From Lama guanicoe (lineage: Eukaryota): a DNA stretch of 64,000 nt. A program made the position numbers and the translations under genes. The DNA lies in contig MU053487.1 of assembly GCA_013239625.1 (NCBI GenBank), positions 2,935,058 through 2,999,057 on the forward strand, read 5' to 3'. The notes under the pieces were generated by a model that saw only the letters and a list, made by a program, of their open reading frames with translations, had not been told where the DNA came from and did not search any database. Below, piece by piece: positions 1 through 11,382 of the stretch. The stretch's first letter is position 1; each line of letters begins with the position of its first letter.

Positions 1-72
1 ACTGGGGATTTGAACCCAGGACCTCGTGCATGCTAAGCATGCGCTGTACCACTGAGCTATACCCCACCCTCC
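1..72 (-). mobile_element. Camelid tRNA-derived SINE (Vic-1 type), cut by window edge
   Basis: Reverse complement reads ggggtatagctcagtggtacagcgcatgcttagcatgcacgaggtcctgggttcaaatccccagt, a tRNA-like head with A and B boxes; same family as the copies at 8352, 19320 and 36258. Confidence 0.85.
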
Positions 73-3000
73 TAGGCTTTTCCAGATGACCGTCTTACCC
101 TTTCTAGAAATTAAACAGCAGTAGATCTTAGATTTCTTTCTCCTCCTGCTCCATCTCCAACTCTGCAGGCTTGGCAGCTGGCAGCTATCTATGGACAGCT
201 ATTCTGTGCTCCCATTGACCCATTTCAGTTCAAAAACAGAACACAGCTCTTCACTTGAGGATTGAGACTAGGAGGTCCTGTCCAAGGCCAGAACCTCATA
301 TTAACTTACCTTGTATTGTTGTAATCATCAGAATGTTCTTCCTTTTTGTCTGTTTGCATGAACACATTGGAGTCTCTAGCTATACACAGAGGTAAATATC
401 AGAAAATCAGAACTTGCCAAACTGACAAGCAAGGGGACCCTTTTCACAAAGCAAAAGAATTAGTAACTCTTGAGAAAGGTCTACCAAAGGATGTCTTTGA
501 GAACGCCTATCTTAAATTATGCTCACCCACAAAAATTGTGTTCTTACCCTTTCAAATACATTCGTAACATAGCGCTATGCATATCCATTATAAGGAACTA
601 CCCAAGGTGGCTATCACTGTTTTTCTGCCCTTCTATTAAATAGCGTCGTTGCAATTGAAGAAACCAGGGTAAAAAAATGGAGACTGAGTATCCACCCCTT
701 CTAGGCTATTCTAGGTCTGCATGCTACAGTCTTGAAATGAATGGTGACACATCAAAGTGTCTGTTTTAGGATTTATTATTAAAATGTTGTCATCTTTCAC
801 TGTTCTTTGGTCAATACCAAGAAACACTCAGTAGCAAATTATAGCAATGTAATTTCACATGGATAATTAATATAAACTCTTTAAGATTGTAAAAAAAAAA
901 ACGCTATCACAGTTCACATTTTGCTAAATGGAAAGTATGTAGTTCTTTCTTCTCTTTCTAGTAGTAAACGTCTTAGATTGGTCTAATTAGCCAGTTGGTA
1001 TCATTTCCCTATCCATTTATGAGGCCTATTTTTATTTCAAACATTGGAGTCCTAAAATTAATATCACCAAAGCCTTCGTGGTAAACATTCAGCCTCCCGT
1101 GGCAGAAAAGGGACTTACTAACCTCTGATATCTTGGTTCCAAGAGTCAGCAATGGGTAACTGAATTAGCAAAGTAGGCATTCAGAACATTCCCTGGTTTT
1201 TCAAGCTCAAGGGGCATGTGAGTTCAGAGGAACAGGTGATAAGCCAGGGGACGAGTCGTGTTTACGCAGTTGCCGTCAGCTGTGGTCGGTGTAACATGAT
1301 ATGGAAAAGCAACCCAAGGATGTAACGGAGAACGTAAAGTCAACGATGAACAGACAAATGTGAGTTAACGTGAAGCATGTGTTACTAAACAATGAACCCA
1401 TGCCCCCTTTAGTCCAGGTAATTTCAATAGACATAGTTTTCAGACCAGATGTCACCCAAGACCCACATTGGTGATGACTCCTGGCCCATGGGAGTACTGT
1501 TATCATTGCATTTATTCCTCTACTAACTTAATTCTCAATTTCTCTTTTATTTCCTATGTCCTCTGTCCAAGGGGCATCAAGCCAGTGACACTTTGGTGAC
1601 CCTTCCCATCCCTGGAGCCCAGCCAGCTGGAATAGGGTTAAGGAATGAAGCTGATGCTGGTAGAAAGGACATCCATGCTGTAGCTTGTTAAAAATAGATC
1701 AGTAATACCACATGCCTGAGATGGAAAGTGGTTTCTTAATTTTGAGACGTGTTAATCCATCTTCTGGATGAATTCCTGTCTCTAAAATTTGCCTACCAGG
1801 CCCTCCTCCGTGTCCAAGCCCACCTCTCCTGCCTGGTTTCTGGCCACTGCCACACAGCATTCATGCAAAGCTTGCCCATATTGAACTCCTAGGCTCTCTA
1901 GGCACAAGCCTACTGTTCGCACCTCCATGCTTTTGCACATGCTGTTCCTCTCTGCCTGGAATTCCTTCCCACGCTCCCTTTACTCTCTTGAAGTTCTCTT
2001 TATCTTCTAGGATCCACTTGGCAGTGCCACCTCCATGGAGTCAGGAATGCAGTTCATGACAGGGGCCAACCTGCTTATCGAGGGAGAGATTTGTAGACAA
2101 GATTGATAATCACGTAAGAGCCCTTCCCTGAGGGCTGTGAAAGGCTAAACCATGAGATGATGGTCCAGGCACATGGGGAACAGAGACTGTGCGGCCTGGG
2201 TGCCAGGAAGGTGGAGCTGGTCAGAGAGCTTCCTGGTGGGGACTTTGGAGATGGCGCTCCTTCCACAGTCAAAGCTGATGGACACGTGACAGGTTACTTA
2301 ATCTTTCTGGGCCTTGGTTTTCTCATCTGTAAAATTGGGTGAAACTTAAGGAGACCAGATGTCCCAGTTTGCCCGGCACATCCCTGATCTATGTCTGTCT
2401 TGCTGTTCCATCTGGTTGACTCCCCTACTTCTTTCTTAAAAATGTCCTGATCTAGACAATAAATTACATGGTTACCTACTGATAATAGTACCCTCTGTGC
2501 ATGGGTATAACAGGGATTCAGTGTATCCCATCTCTTAGAATAGGATGTAATGTTAGCTAGTAGAATTCCCATTTCTATCTGAACTCAGCATCGAGATGGA
2601 GCTTTCAGCAACTGGAATCGGTTCCCAGGAGCTTGGAGCAAGAGACTTAGAAAACAGATTGGAGGACTTTCCTGTCCCTCCAAGCCCAGGGACGGGGACT
2701 CCTTTGGGGCTGCTCTGTTCTAGGAACCTGGGAGAGACCTGAATCCTCACTTTTGCTCTAGGTCAGCCAAAGCTCTAAGAAGGATCTTGAGCAGGTCCCT
2801 CTTTTGAGACTGACATGGAAATGCCCCGTTTCCTCCTACATCTTTATCAGACCACTGCAGCCTGGAGAGTCTTCAGTAAAAGCCCTAGATGTCCCTTTCC
2901 CACCTGGTGGCAGATGATACTAACATTTGACACAGAGAATCAATTCTCTTTTTCATGATTATACCCCAATTCACACTTCAAACCCAGTATTTCACAAAGT

Positions 3001-4136
3001 GAGGTTTTGCCCGACTACCTAGAGTGTACTGAGGACACTTTGTCCTCGGACGGGCCTGGGACCCTGGAGGCTTCTGACCACGGTGGGGGGTGGTCCCCTG
3101 ACCAAGGCTGACCCAGACTCTGCCACCAAGTGATATCCCCATTCTCTTGGGCTCCCCACAGTTTCCCAAGTCACCACGATTTCTTGGTTTCAACTAGCAC
3201 AGTGTTTTCTTTGGGATCAGGACTAGAGGAGTAGCGGAGGCCAAGTGCCAGCAGCAAACCCTCAGTAGCTGCCTCAGCAGAATTCAGCCTCGAAACTGCG
3301 TCCCGAATCCTCTTGTCCCTTTCTGTGTGTTTGGTAAAGTCCTTCTATTCTTATCCCAGTTGACATGACCTCTTCTGGCTCCCAGGCATCCCGGAAGATG
3401 AGCAGCCATGTCATGGGAAGCACTGGGACTCAGAGAGTCTGAAGACTAGATGAGAAGTGAGTGGGCAGGGATGAGCAGGGGCCTTGGCCCCAACGTCCTT
3501 GGCTAATCATGGCAATGAAGCTGTCGGATGTTAGCACCGTGGTGTTTGTGTTGTCTGCAAGAAGAAAACACCTCTTCCCTTGTTGCCTTCACCACCAGAG
3601 GGTAGTTAGAACCAAGTTGTTGGCGGGGCAAAATTGCGGGGGTAGAGGTGGGGGGTCAGTAATTGCTTATCTGTGTAGCCGGAGATTCGGTGACTGCACG
3701 CTCTAATGAAAATGCAAGATGGTCCTCAAAGTGCACAATTAGCAACTGAGGACAACCTTAGTGGCCAGGTTGGCCACTGTCCTAGCTTCACACCGAGGAG
3801 ACTGAGGCCCTGGAGACCTGAACTGCCATAGTTGTGAGGCGCTGAAGCCCGGGACCGTCAAGTTCATCAAGGCCATCTGCGCCACAGGATTGCTTCAGTG
3901 GAGGCTGCTTACTGCCGGCAACCAATCACGTGACCTTGGACAAGTCTTGAAACTCGGGGCCTCTGGTTCCTTATCTGTCAGCCGAGGCCACAGGACCGCA
4001 TGATCTCAGAGCTGCCTTCCAGAAACAACATTCCAGGATGCTCTGTTCCCCTTCCAGCCTGAGACAGCACAGAGTGGCCTGGCCTCCCAGCCAGCAGGCA
4101 CTTTATCTCCCATGGTTTCTTGGTTTTTGTGTTTTG

Positions 4137-4175
<39 letters not shown>

Positions 4176-4178
4176 TGT

Positions 4179-4209
4179 NNNNNNNNNNNNNNNNNNNNNN
4201 NNNNNNNNN
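4179..4209. other. Assembly gap (31 N) next to a poly(T) tract
   Basis: Run of N at 4179-4209 preceded by about 35 T (4140-4174). Confidence 0.99.
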
Positions 4210-4985
4210 TTTTTTGCTGTGGAGCAGGAGTGGGTCAGGATGGAGGACTCTGGGATTCCTGGGCTTGTGGGCTCCGGGTTCCTTCCCTTTGACTGGGTTA
4301 AGAATAGGAAGGCTGTTTTCCCTCCACCTCCACTCTCCACCCTGCATGACTCCCACCCCAGCCCCATCCTCAGCCTCTGTAACTGAGAAGCAGGGAGGTG
4401 GTTGTAAACAGGTTTCTGGAGCCAGAGGGCCTGTGTTCTGATCCAGCTCTGCTGCCTGCCCCGTGGGAGACCCAGCCTCCCCTCACCTCTCAGCTTCTCC
4501 ATCTGTACATGGTGAAGTAGCAGCACTCACCTCACGGGGGCACACTGCTAGGGCTGCACAAGTGTTGGGTACCGTCCTGTCCATCCCACACATTCTATCC
4601 ACACACACAGAACAGTCCCTCGCCCTGATGATCCCAGCCGGGGACTGAATTGCTCAGTTTTAGCTGAGGAAACGTCTACAGCTGGATTAGCTGGTCTGAA
4701 CCAGACACGTGCATCACCGAGCAACCCTCAGTCTCCTCTGAGAGAGGACCACCCTGAACCACCCAGAAAAACGTCGTTTCCCCCGACTGAAGTGATTCCC
4801 GTGTAACCACAGTCGGGAGCAGGACTGACTGAGACTTTCATTCACCACAGACTCAGTCTCCACTTTCCTTCTCCGGATTCCACTGGGACAGATCAAATGT
4901 CATGTCAGATCGCATCACGTCATCTTCATCACCCCATTCCCAGCACCCCCCCCAACTCCTAGGGAGGAGGGAGAGGAAGAGAGAG

Positions 4986-5018
4986 CTCTGCCCCGTCTCT
5001 GCCCCGTCTCTGCCCCGT
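4986..5018. repeat. 11-bp unit tandem repeat x3
   Basis: (ctctgccccgt)x3. Confidence 0.9.
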
Positions 5019-5571
5019 GTGTTGGTGCCTTGCTTGGTTGTTCCTGCTGTTCCCAGCCCCCTCCCCACATGCTGGCCTCCTGTGAGGATGACAGCGCCAG
5101 GCTCCTCAGGACGCACGCACGTTAGTGAAACTTGCTGGGTTGGGGCTCTGCTCCCACATGTCCCCTCCCTGCCTGGAAACCCAAATCAACCATTGCAGAG
5201 CCAAGAGCAAGTCTGCCCCACTCCTGGTTTTAATGAGGGCCTGATGCATCCTGCAAGACTCAGAGTTCTGTCTCTCTCAACCCAGACAGAAGGCGTCTGG
5301 GTGGCCAGGCCTGGTCATCTCAACAGAGGGATATGAACACCACAGAGCCACAGAAGGACCAGTTCTCCAGGGGCCTTGAAGCAAATATCCACTCCAGATG
5401 ACACGTGGGAAAAGGGGAGACACACACTTTGGACTGAAAAATGATTGGAATTAAGAACATGAGCACACACATTCAAATTCTCAAATGCTCAATGAACAAA
5501 ATATTTTCCATCTACAATGTTCCACATGTGCCCAAATAAAGGGCACCCCCCCCAGAACGTGATCCCCCACT

Positions 5572-5757
5572 TTTCCTTTTTTTCATTGAAGAATAGTTGA
5601 TTTACAATGTTGTGTTAATTTCAGGTGTACAGCAAAGTGATTCATTTATACACACACACATACATATATATTCTTCCTCAGATTCTTTTCCATTATAGGT
5701 TATTATAAGATATTTAACATAGTTCCCTGTGCTATACAGTAGGTCCTTGTTGTTTAT
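5572..5757 (-). mobile_element. 5'-truncated LINE-1 3' end
   Basis: T-rich tail then attgaagaatagttgatttacaatgttgtgttaatttcaggtgtacagc...ttccctgtgctatacagtaggtccttg, shared with copies at 19564, 25112 and 61700. Confidence 0.8.
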
Positions 5758-6179
5758 CCCCCAGCGTTTCTAATGTGGTAAATTTAACACTTTTTTTGGC
5801 CAACTTAACAGCAATCAGAGCTACGACTGCCTTTGGGATAGGCAGGGAGACTAGAAAGGGGCCAGAGGGAGCTGTCTGGAGTGATGGACGTGTTCTCTCC
5901 CTTTACTGGGGTGGTGGTTATGTGGGTGATTTCATTTTTCAGAATTCATTAAACTGTACCCTTAAGATTTGTGCATTTTGGTGAATGTAAATTTACCTAA
6001 AAAAAAACAACAGGAAAAGAATCAACTATCTACTTATAATACTTAACCTAATCATGTAGTCATACACTTGAAATTATGTAAGAGTAACACATTAATTTAT
6101 ATTACTGTTTTCCCTCAAACATTTCACAAAATGATTTTATGCAGATGTACATCTTTTGAGATCGATAAATAGCATTACT

Positions 6180-6600
6180 AAGCCACTTTCTTAGTCAACA
6201 GTTTTCTAAAGCAAGTCATCTTCAGTTCGTCTAATTTACTTGAAATGTGGAACATTTTGAATCCGTGTTTGATGCTGAAACTTTATTACAAGACACAAAT
6301 ACCCATTTGTATAACATTTCAGTGGTTGTTTTTCCAATTTGTCTTAGAAGTGATTATTCATGAGCCTCACGACATACGCAACTAATGTTTTGCTTTCTAA
6401 AAATAAGCTTTAAAATATTTATCACAACTTACAACAGTTGCACCCCAGGAATAATGACTAAATCTGTTAAATCTCATTGCCTCCTTCCCATTAATTCCCT
6501 CCAGTGGCCTGGAAAAGCGTCCAAAACCAACATTGATTGAGACCATTTCAGGCTGGAGTGTCTTCCCAGATTTTGTGGTTCAAATAAAGCAATTGAGAGA
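6180..6600 (-). mobile_element. Decayed pogo/Tc2-type (POGK-related) DDE transposase fragment
   Basis: Minus-strand translation SMLVLDAFPGH...TDLVIIPGVQLL*VVIN...FRKQ...HE*S...EMLYKWV, then after frameshifts GFKMFHISSKLD and TEDDLL*. The motif order matches the C-terminal half of DDE_1 pogo transposases and POGK. Confidence 0.8.
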
Positions 6601-7924
6601 GTACCAAATGATGAGATACTTTTAAAGAATGCTAAGGCTCAAAACTATGAGAGTTTTAAAGGCAGCACTCTCTTTTCCAGTATTTAATTTGAGGAAATAA
6701 ATCTTCATCTTATTTATCTTCTGGCATATGTATTCAGACCAAAGATAGAAATGAATTTAGTAAATCTGAGGGTCTTGTTTTATAGTTCATTATTTAAAAA
6801 ATCAGCATCATTCACTTGTTAAAAGTTTCCATGTAAGAAATTTAAATTAAGCCTTGCTCCCTGCCATGAATGAGAAGCTGAAATATTCTTGAGTAAGTGC
6901 AAACACACTATATTTTACTCAAGGGCATTAAAGATAGGAGAGTTTAGTTTAAATAGATGATTCTGCTTAGAAACAGGATTGTAAACACAATCCTCGATGT
7001 TGAATTTCTAACTATTAATTTTGCACCTTGACCTTAAGTCATGTCAAGTCTTCAACTACAAACTGTGACATGATAATTTATAAAGAAGGCTTCTTTTTTC
7101 CAACATTCTCTCAATTTAAGCATCAAAAATTCTTAAAGAAATCCACATAGAAGACTATGCACTATTGTTTATGCTGTTGCTCAGCACCGTTTTCCCACTG
7201 GACTTTTAAATGCTGTCAGAAGCAAAATCAGATACCTCACCAGGAGCTCACTGGGTATGTAAGCTCCTGTGTGGCTCAGTGCAGTGGCTGCCCAACTGTT
7301 TTTATTTTGTTTGGGGGGAATTTTTTGGTAACAGAACCCTGGTTTTAAATTACATTATATGTGGCTTATGCTGTAGTTGGAACAGAGATGGGGGCCCAGA
7401 GCAGTCCTGCATGGTGCCCCTTCTCATCTCATCTCAGAGTTTCACGGCACCCTAGGGGTTCCATGGAACACAGTTTGAACACCTCTGTCAGCAGACTATG
7501 TGGAAAGATTGGAACTCAGAAGATCTGGTTTCAAAATCTGAGTTCTAGTCTGTGTGATTGTTGACATGTGGCTTAACCTGAGTTCCATTTTCCTCATCCA
7601 GACAAAGAACATGAATGTTCATCTCAAGAGTTGCCGAAAGGACGTTTTTAAAGTTTATTTTGCTCCCAAAATCTTAGCTGTTCCCTGATCACATCTCACT
7701 TGTGTGCTATGTCCCACCTCATCTCAATTATTTAATGACCGAGCAGCCACGTCTTTTATTATTTGGCCTTGTTGGTGCTACTGCTTCTGCCCCTTCAGCT
7801 TTTCAGCCGTTACTGTGTGGTGAGCTGACTTTGGGCTCTACCGCGACCGCCTCTGCAATAAGGGATTCCAGGCTCGTGATCTGTTCTTGGGATGAAGCAC
7901 TCTGACTTTTCTTTTCATTTGCAG

Positions 7925-8050
7925 GTGGGCCACGAGAAGGGAAACTGTTCTTTCCAGAAGAATCCAACCCCCTGCATCATCCCTCAAGAACAAGAAAACA
8001 TCTTCCATACAATCTTTGCATTTTTCACAAAATCTGGAAGAAAAGTCTTG
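7925..8050 (+). CDS. ITGA9: Integrin alpha-9 internal coding exon (5th from last)
   Basis: Acceptor ttttcttttcatttgcag|GTG and donor TTG|gtaaga. 126 bp = 42 codons, VGHEKGNCSFQKNPTPCIIPQEQENIFHTIFAFFTKSGRKVL, recognisable ITGA9 sequence. Phase 0/0. Upstream exons lie outside the window. Confidence 0.97.
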
Positions 8051-8351
8051 GTAAGAATTTGCTTACTGTTTGTGTTAGCATGGGTGGTCCTCACTAGGAA
8101 GGCAAGTCAGAGATGAGAGACCCGTTTTCTACTTGGCATTTATTCCTTCCCAAATTTGCTTTTAATCAATTGGCTTAGAAAGTCACAAGGACTGTCGACA
8201 AGTCCTGTTTTTCAGCCTGAAGTTTCTGTCAAAGTTTTAAACTTACATTTCGTATTCCATTAACCGGCAAAGGGAAAAACCTTTGCAACCCACCAAGCAC
8301 AAAGTAAAACAGTTTTCCAGATAGTATGAGTCTAATCAAGAATGGTGGTTC

Positions 8352-8550
8352 GGTGGGGAGGGTATAGCTCAAGTGGTAGAGTGCATGCTTAGCATGCACA
8401 AGGTCTTGAGTTCAATCCTCAGTACCTCCTCTAAAAATAAAGAAAGAAGTAAACCTAATTACCTCCCACGCCTCCTCCAAAATAAAAAAAATCATTCTTC
8501 AAAAATGTCCATATATATAAAAAGTAGAAAAAAATATGTATATATAAAAG
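8352..8550 (+). mobile_element. Camelid tRNA-derived SINE (Vic-1 type)
   Basis: Head ggggagggtatagctcaagtggtagagtgcatgcttagcatgcac...ttcaatcc, body with aaacctaattacctccc, A-rich tail. TSD tggtggttc at 8343-8351 and 8551-8559. Confidence 0.9.
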
Positions 8551-9784
8551 TGGTGGTTCTTGTTCACTTTGTGCCCTTCTGTTAGGCGACATATACTAAA
8601 ACTAAACAAATGTGTACCCTATGACCCAGCAATTCAACTCCCAGGTATATGGAGTGAAAGAAGTTAGAGACAAAGGGACTCATGTAATATTCCATGTATA
8701 TGAATTTCAAAAATAGCAAAACTGGCCATGTTGGTCAGGATAGTGGTTACTTTTGGAGGAATATTGACAGGTGGGGGCATGAAGAAAACTGCTTAGGTGC
8801 TGGAAAGGTTCTGCATCTTGATCTGGTGTAGACATGTAAAAATGCATCAAGATGGACCCTTAAGATTTAGTTCGTTTGCTGTATGTAAGTTATACCTCGA
8901 TTTTTTAAAAAAGTGACGGTATTAAAGATGGAGTCACATGCTTTTCCAAGGCCTCCTTTCTTCACATCTTTGGTTGCATTTCTACATCTCCTTATTTTGG
9001 CCTCATATTTCCTTCCTCACTTTTTTTTCCAGTAGAAGAATTAGAACTGTTTACCACTTGGAAGGTTGGGATGTTTGTACTTTTGTAATGCTGATGATTC
9101 AAGTATTTTTTAAAGCCCTAGAATTGTTAGACATACTGATATCTAGTTGTCTGACAGATACAGCTCTGTATCTGGCTGAAAGTTTCACCCTACACGTGAA
9201 ACATCACAAAAATCACACAATTTGGATCCTATGATACAGAAGAATTCCTCTTTGGTAACTTAAATTTGGAATTTAGGTTTCTAGCTGTAATTCGTGTGTT
9301 TTCTTAGTTAAACGTATGTTTTCCTTTCCTCCTGTGTTTTCTTATGTCATGTGACTTCTCAGCCCTCCAATTTACCCAACCTAAAAAAGGGGCATGAAAG
9401 TATTTATTTGTCACTTCACAGGCAGAAATCATATAATGTAGGAAATACACCTTGGGTTTAAATCTCGTAAGAGGGATGCTTCCGGAATATGTAAATGTGT
9501 TTCTTTAAAAAAAAATTCTTTCTCCTTGCGAAATCCAATTTTTTGGTAAGGTACACCAGTGAGCTTTAACTTTAAGGCATGCTCCGGTGCCCACCAGAGA
9601 GGGAGTCCCTTGATTGCCCTCTGGTGGCAAGAGGGAGTGAATGCATCTTCCTACAATTTTCCTCTGCCTAGAATTAACTTAGTTCCCAGAATAGAAGCTC
9701 GGGGAGCCCTCTGTTTTATAAATTGCTGTGCTTGTCTTTGTTCTTAATACCATTTGACAGTTCTCTGATTTTTTTTCCCCTCAG

Positions 9785-9904
9785 GACTGTGAAAAACCAG
9801 GAATATCTTGCCTAACAATGCACTGTAACCTCAGTGCACTCGCTAAAGAAGAAAGTCGAACTATAGACATTTACATGCTGCTGAACACAGAAATACTGAA
9901 GAAG
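9785..9904 (+). CDS. ITGA9: Integrin alpha-9 internal coding exon (4th from last)
   Basis: Acceptor tttttttcccctcag|GAC and donor AAG|gtaagt. 120 bp, DCEKPGISCLTMHCNLSALAKEESRTIDIYMLLNTEILKK, in frame with flanking exons. Confidence 0.97.
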
Positions 9905-10059
9905 GTAAGTCCTGAGGAACCTTACACTCGGGCTTCATTTAAAAGCCTGTGAATTGGTTTCCTCAGGAAAAACTCCCACTGCCCCTTGTAAAACAGGCCT
10001 GGCCAGCACCATCGATAACTCTGCTGCGGGAGGATGCCAGGGAAACATACCAGACCCTT

Positions 10060-10340
10060 GTCATTCAGAGTGTGACCAGCAGTGTGAGCGCCACCTTGGG
10101 AGCTCATTAGAGCTGCAGCATCTTGGACTCCACCCCAGTCTCACTGAATCAGCATCTCCATTTTAGCAAGCTCCGTAGGTGTTTCATCTGCACAGTTAAG
10201 TTTCTCAGATTTTAGCTTGCATCAGAATCACCTGGGGACATTGTAAAAACACAATTTCCTTGGGGTAGAGTCTGAGATTCTGCATTTCTGACACACTTCC
10301 GGGATATGCCAGTACTGCTGGTCTAGGGACCACATTTTAG
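10060..10340. mobile_element. Two adjacent MER5-type (hAT-Charlie) MITEs
   Basis: gaccagcag...tcactgaatcagcatctccattttagcaag, followed by tctcaga...gcatcagaatcacctgggg...tctgcatttctgaca...tgctgg...gggaccacatttt. Confidence 0.7.
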
Positions 10341-10342
10341 AT

Positions 10343-10540
10343 CCGGGTTGGCAGATCTTTTCTAAAAAGGCCAGTAAGAGATATCTTAACTTTACAGACT
10401 GTAGTCTCTTGCCACTGCCCAACTCTGCCATTGTGTTGTGAAAGGAACCATAGCCCATACGCACAGGAATGGGTGTGGCTATGTGCCGATAATACTTTAC
10501 AAAAACCAGCAAAGGGCTGGTCATAGATTGCCAACCCCTT
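10343..10540. mobile_element. MER58A-type hAT-Charlie MITE
   Basis: Terminal inverted repeats gggttggca / tgccaaccc and the typical internal caactctgccattgt...gaatgggtgtggctatgtgcc. Confidence 0.75.
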
Positions 10541-11055
10541 GTTTAGATGAAACCTTGTCTCATGGAATTCCAGCTTTTGAACCTCAGGCCAGTTTGCTAT
10601 TATGAGTTAATCAAAAGTGGTTCATAAAAAGTACCTGTCAGTGAATTGGTGGCCCTTAAAAAAAATCATACAAATTCACTATGATTTATTTTAACATAAG
10701 ATCTGGTGAGTATAAAAGGCTACATTCAACAAGATGCTTTTAAAATAATTGCATGTGCAGATAAAACAAAACTTGCATGTTAGCCGCAGAGACTGTTTTC
10801 CTCTGGAAAAAGTAAATGTGTTCATCCATATAAACCTGTCAGTGTATGAATGAATATCCTTAGAAAAGTCACTCCGGTGTTATTTTTTAAATTAGGCATG
10901 ACAGGAACATGCTGGCCTGATACGTCACAGGCACGGGGGGGTGTGGGATGTTTTACCCACTTTCCGTCTCTGGCTGGTGCAGCCCCACATGGTGGAGGGC
11001 TGGAAACTGTTCTGCTTTCCCTGGTTTCTTTGAAGGGAAACTGGTTTGGAAACAG

Positions 11056-11382
11056 AAAAGACTGTCTCTTCTCGATTGTATATTCTTGCCTCCTTTGTCA
11101 AAAATTAATTGACCATAGGTCTGTGGATTTATTTCTGGGCTCTCTATTTTGTTCCATTGATCCCTATGTCTGTTTTTGTACCAATACTGCGCTGTTTTGA
11201 TGACTGTAGTTCTTTAGTATTGTCTGAAGTCAGGGAGGATTATGCCTCCAGCTTATTCTTTTTCCTCAGGATTATTTGGCAATTCTGGGTCTTTTGTGGT
11301 TCCATACAAATTTAAGTTTATTTGTTCTAGTTCTATGAAAAATGTCCTGGGTAATTGGGTAGGGTTCACATTAAATCCATAG
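11056..11382 (-). mobile_element. LINE-1 ORF2 internal fragment
   Basis: cttgcctcctttgtcaaaaattaattgaccatagg...ttttgtggttccatacaaattt...ttctagttctatgaaaaatg is typical antisense L1 ORF2 sequence. Confidence 0.8.

Noticed and set aside
3978..4526. Long ORFs with poly-Lys or poly-Phe runs
   Set aside because: Artefacts of the poly(T) tract and the N gap; no coding signal.
6427..6432. Minus-strand GTAAGT donor with an open frame upstream
   Set aside because: Better explained as part of the pogo-type transposase frame that reads through it.
8355..8430. tRNA-like sequence (also at 1-72, 19320, 36258)
   Set aside because: Followed by a shared body, A-rich tail and TSDs, and diverged from a clean cloverleaf; these are SINE heads, not tRNA genes.
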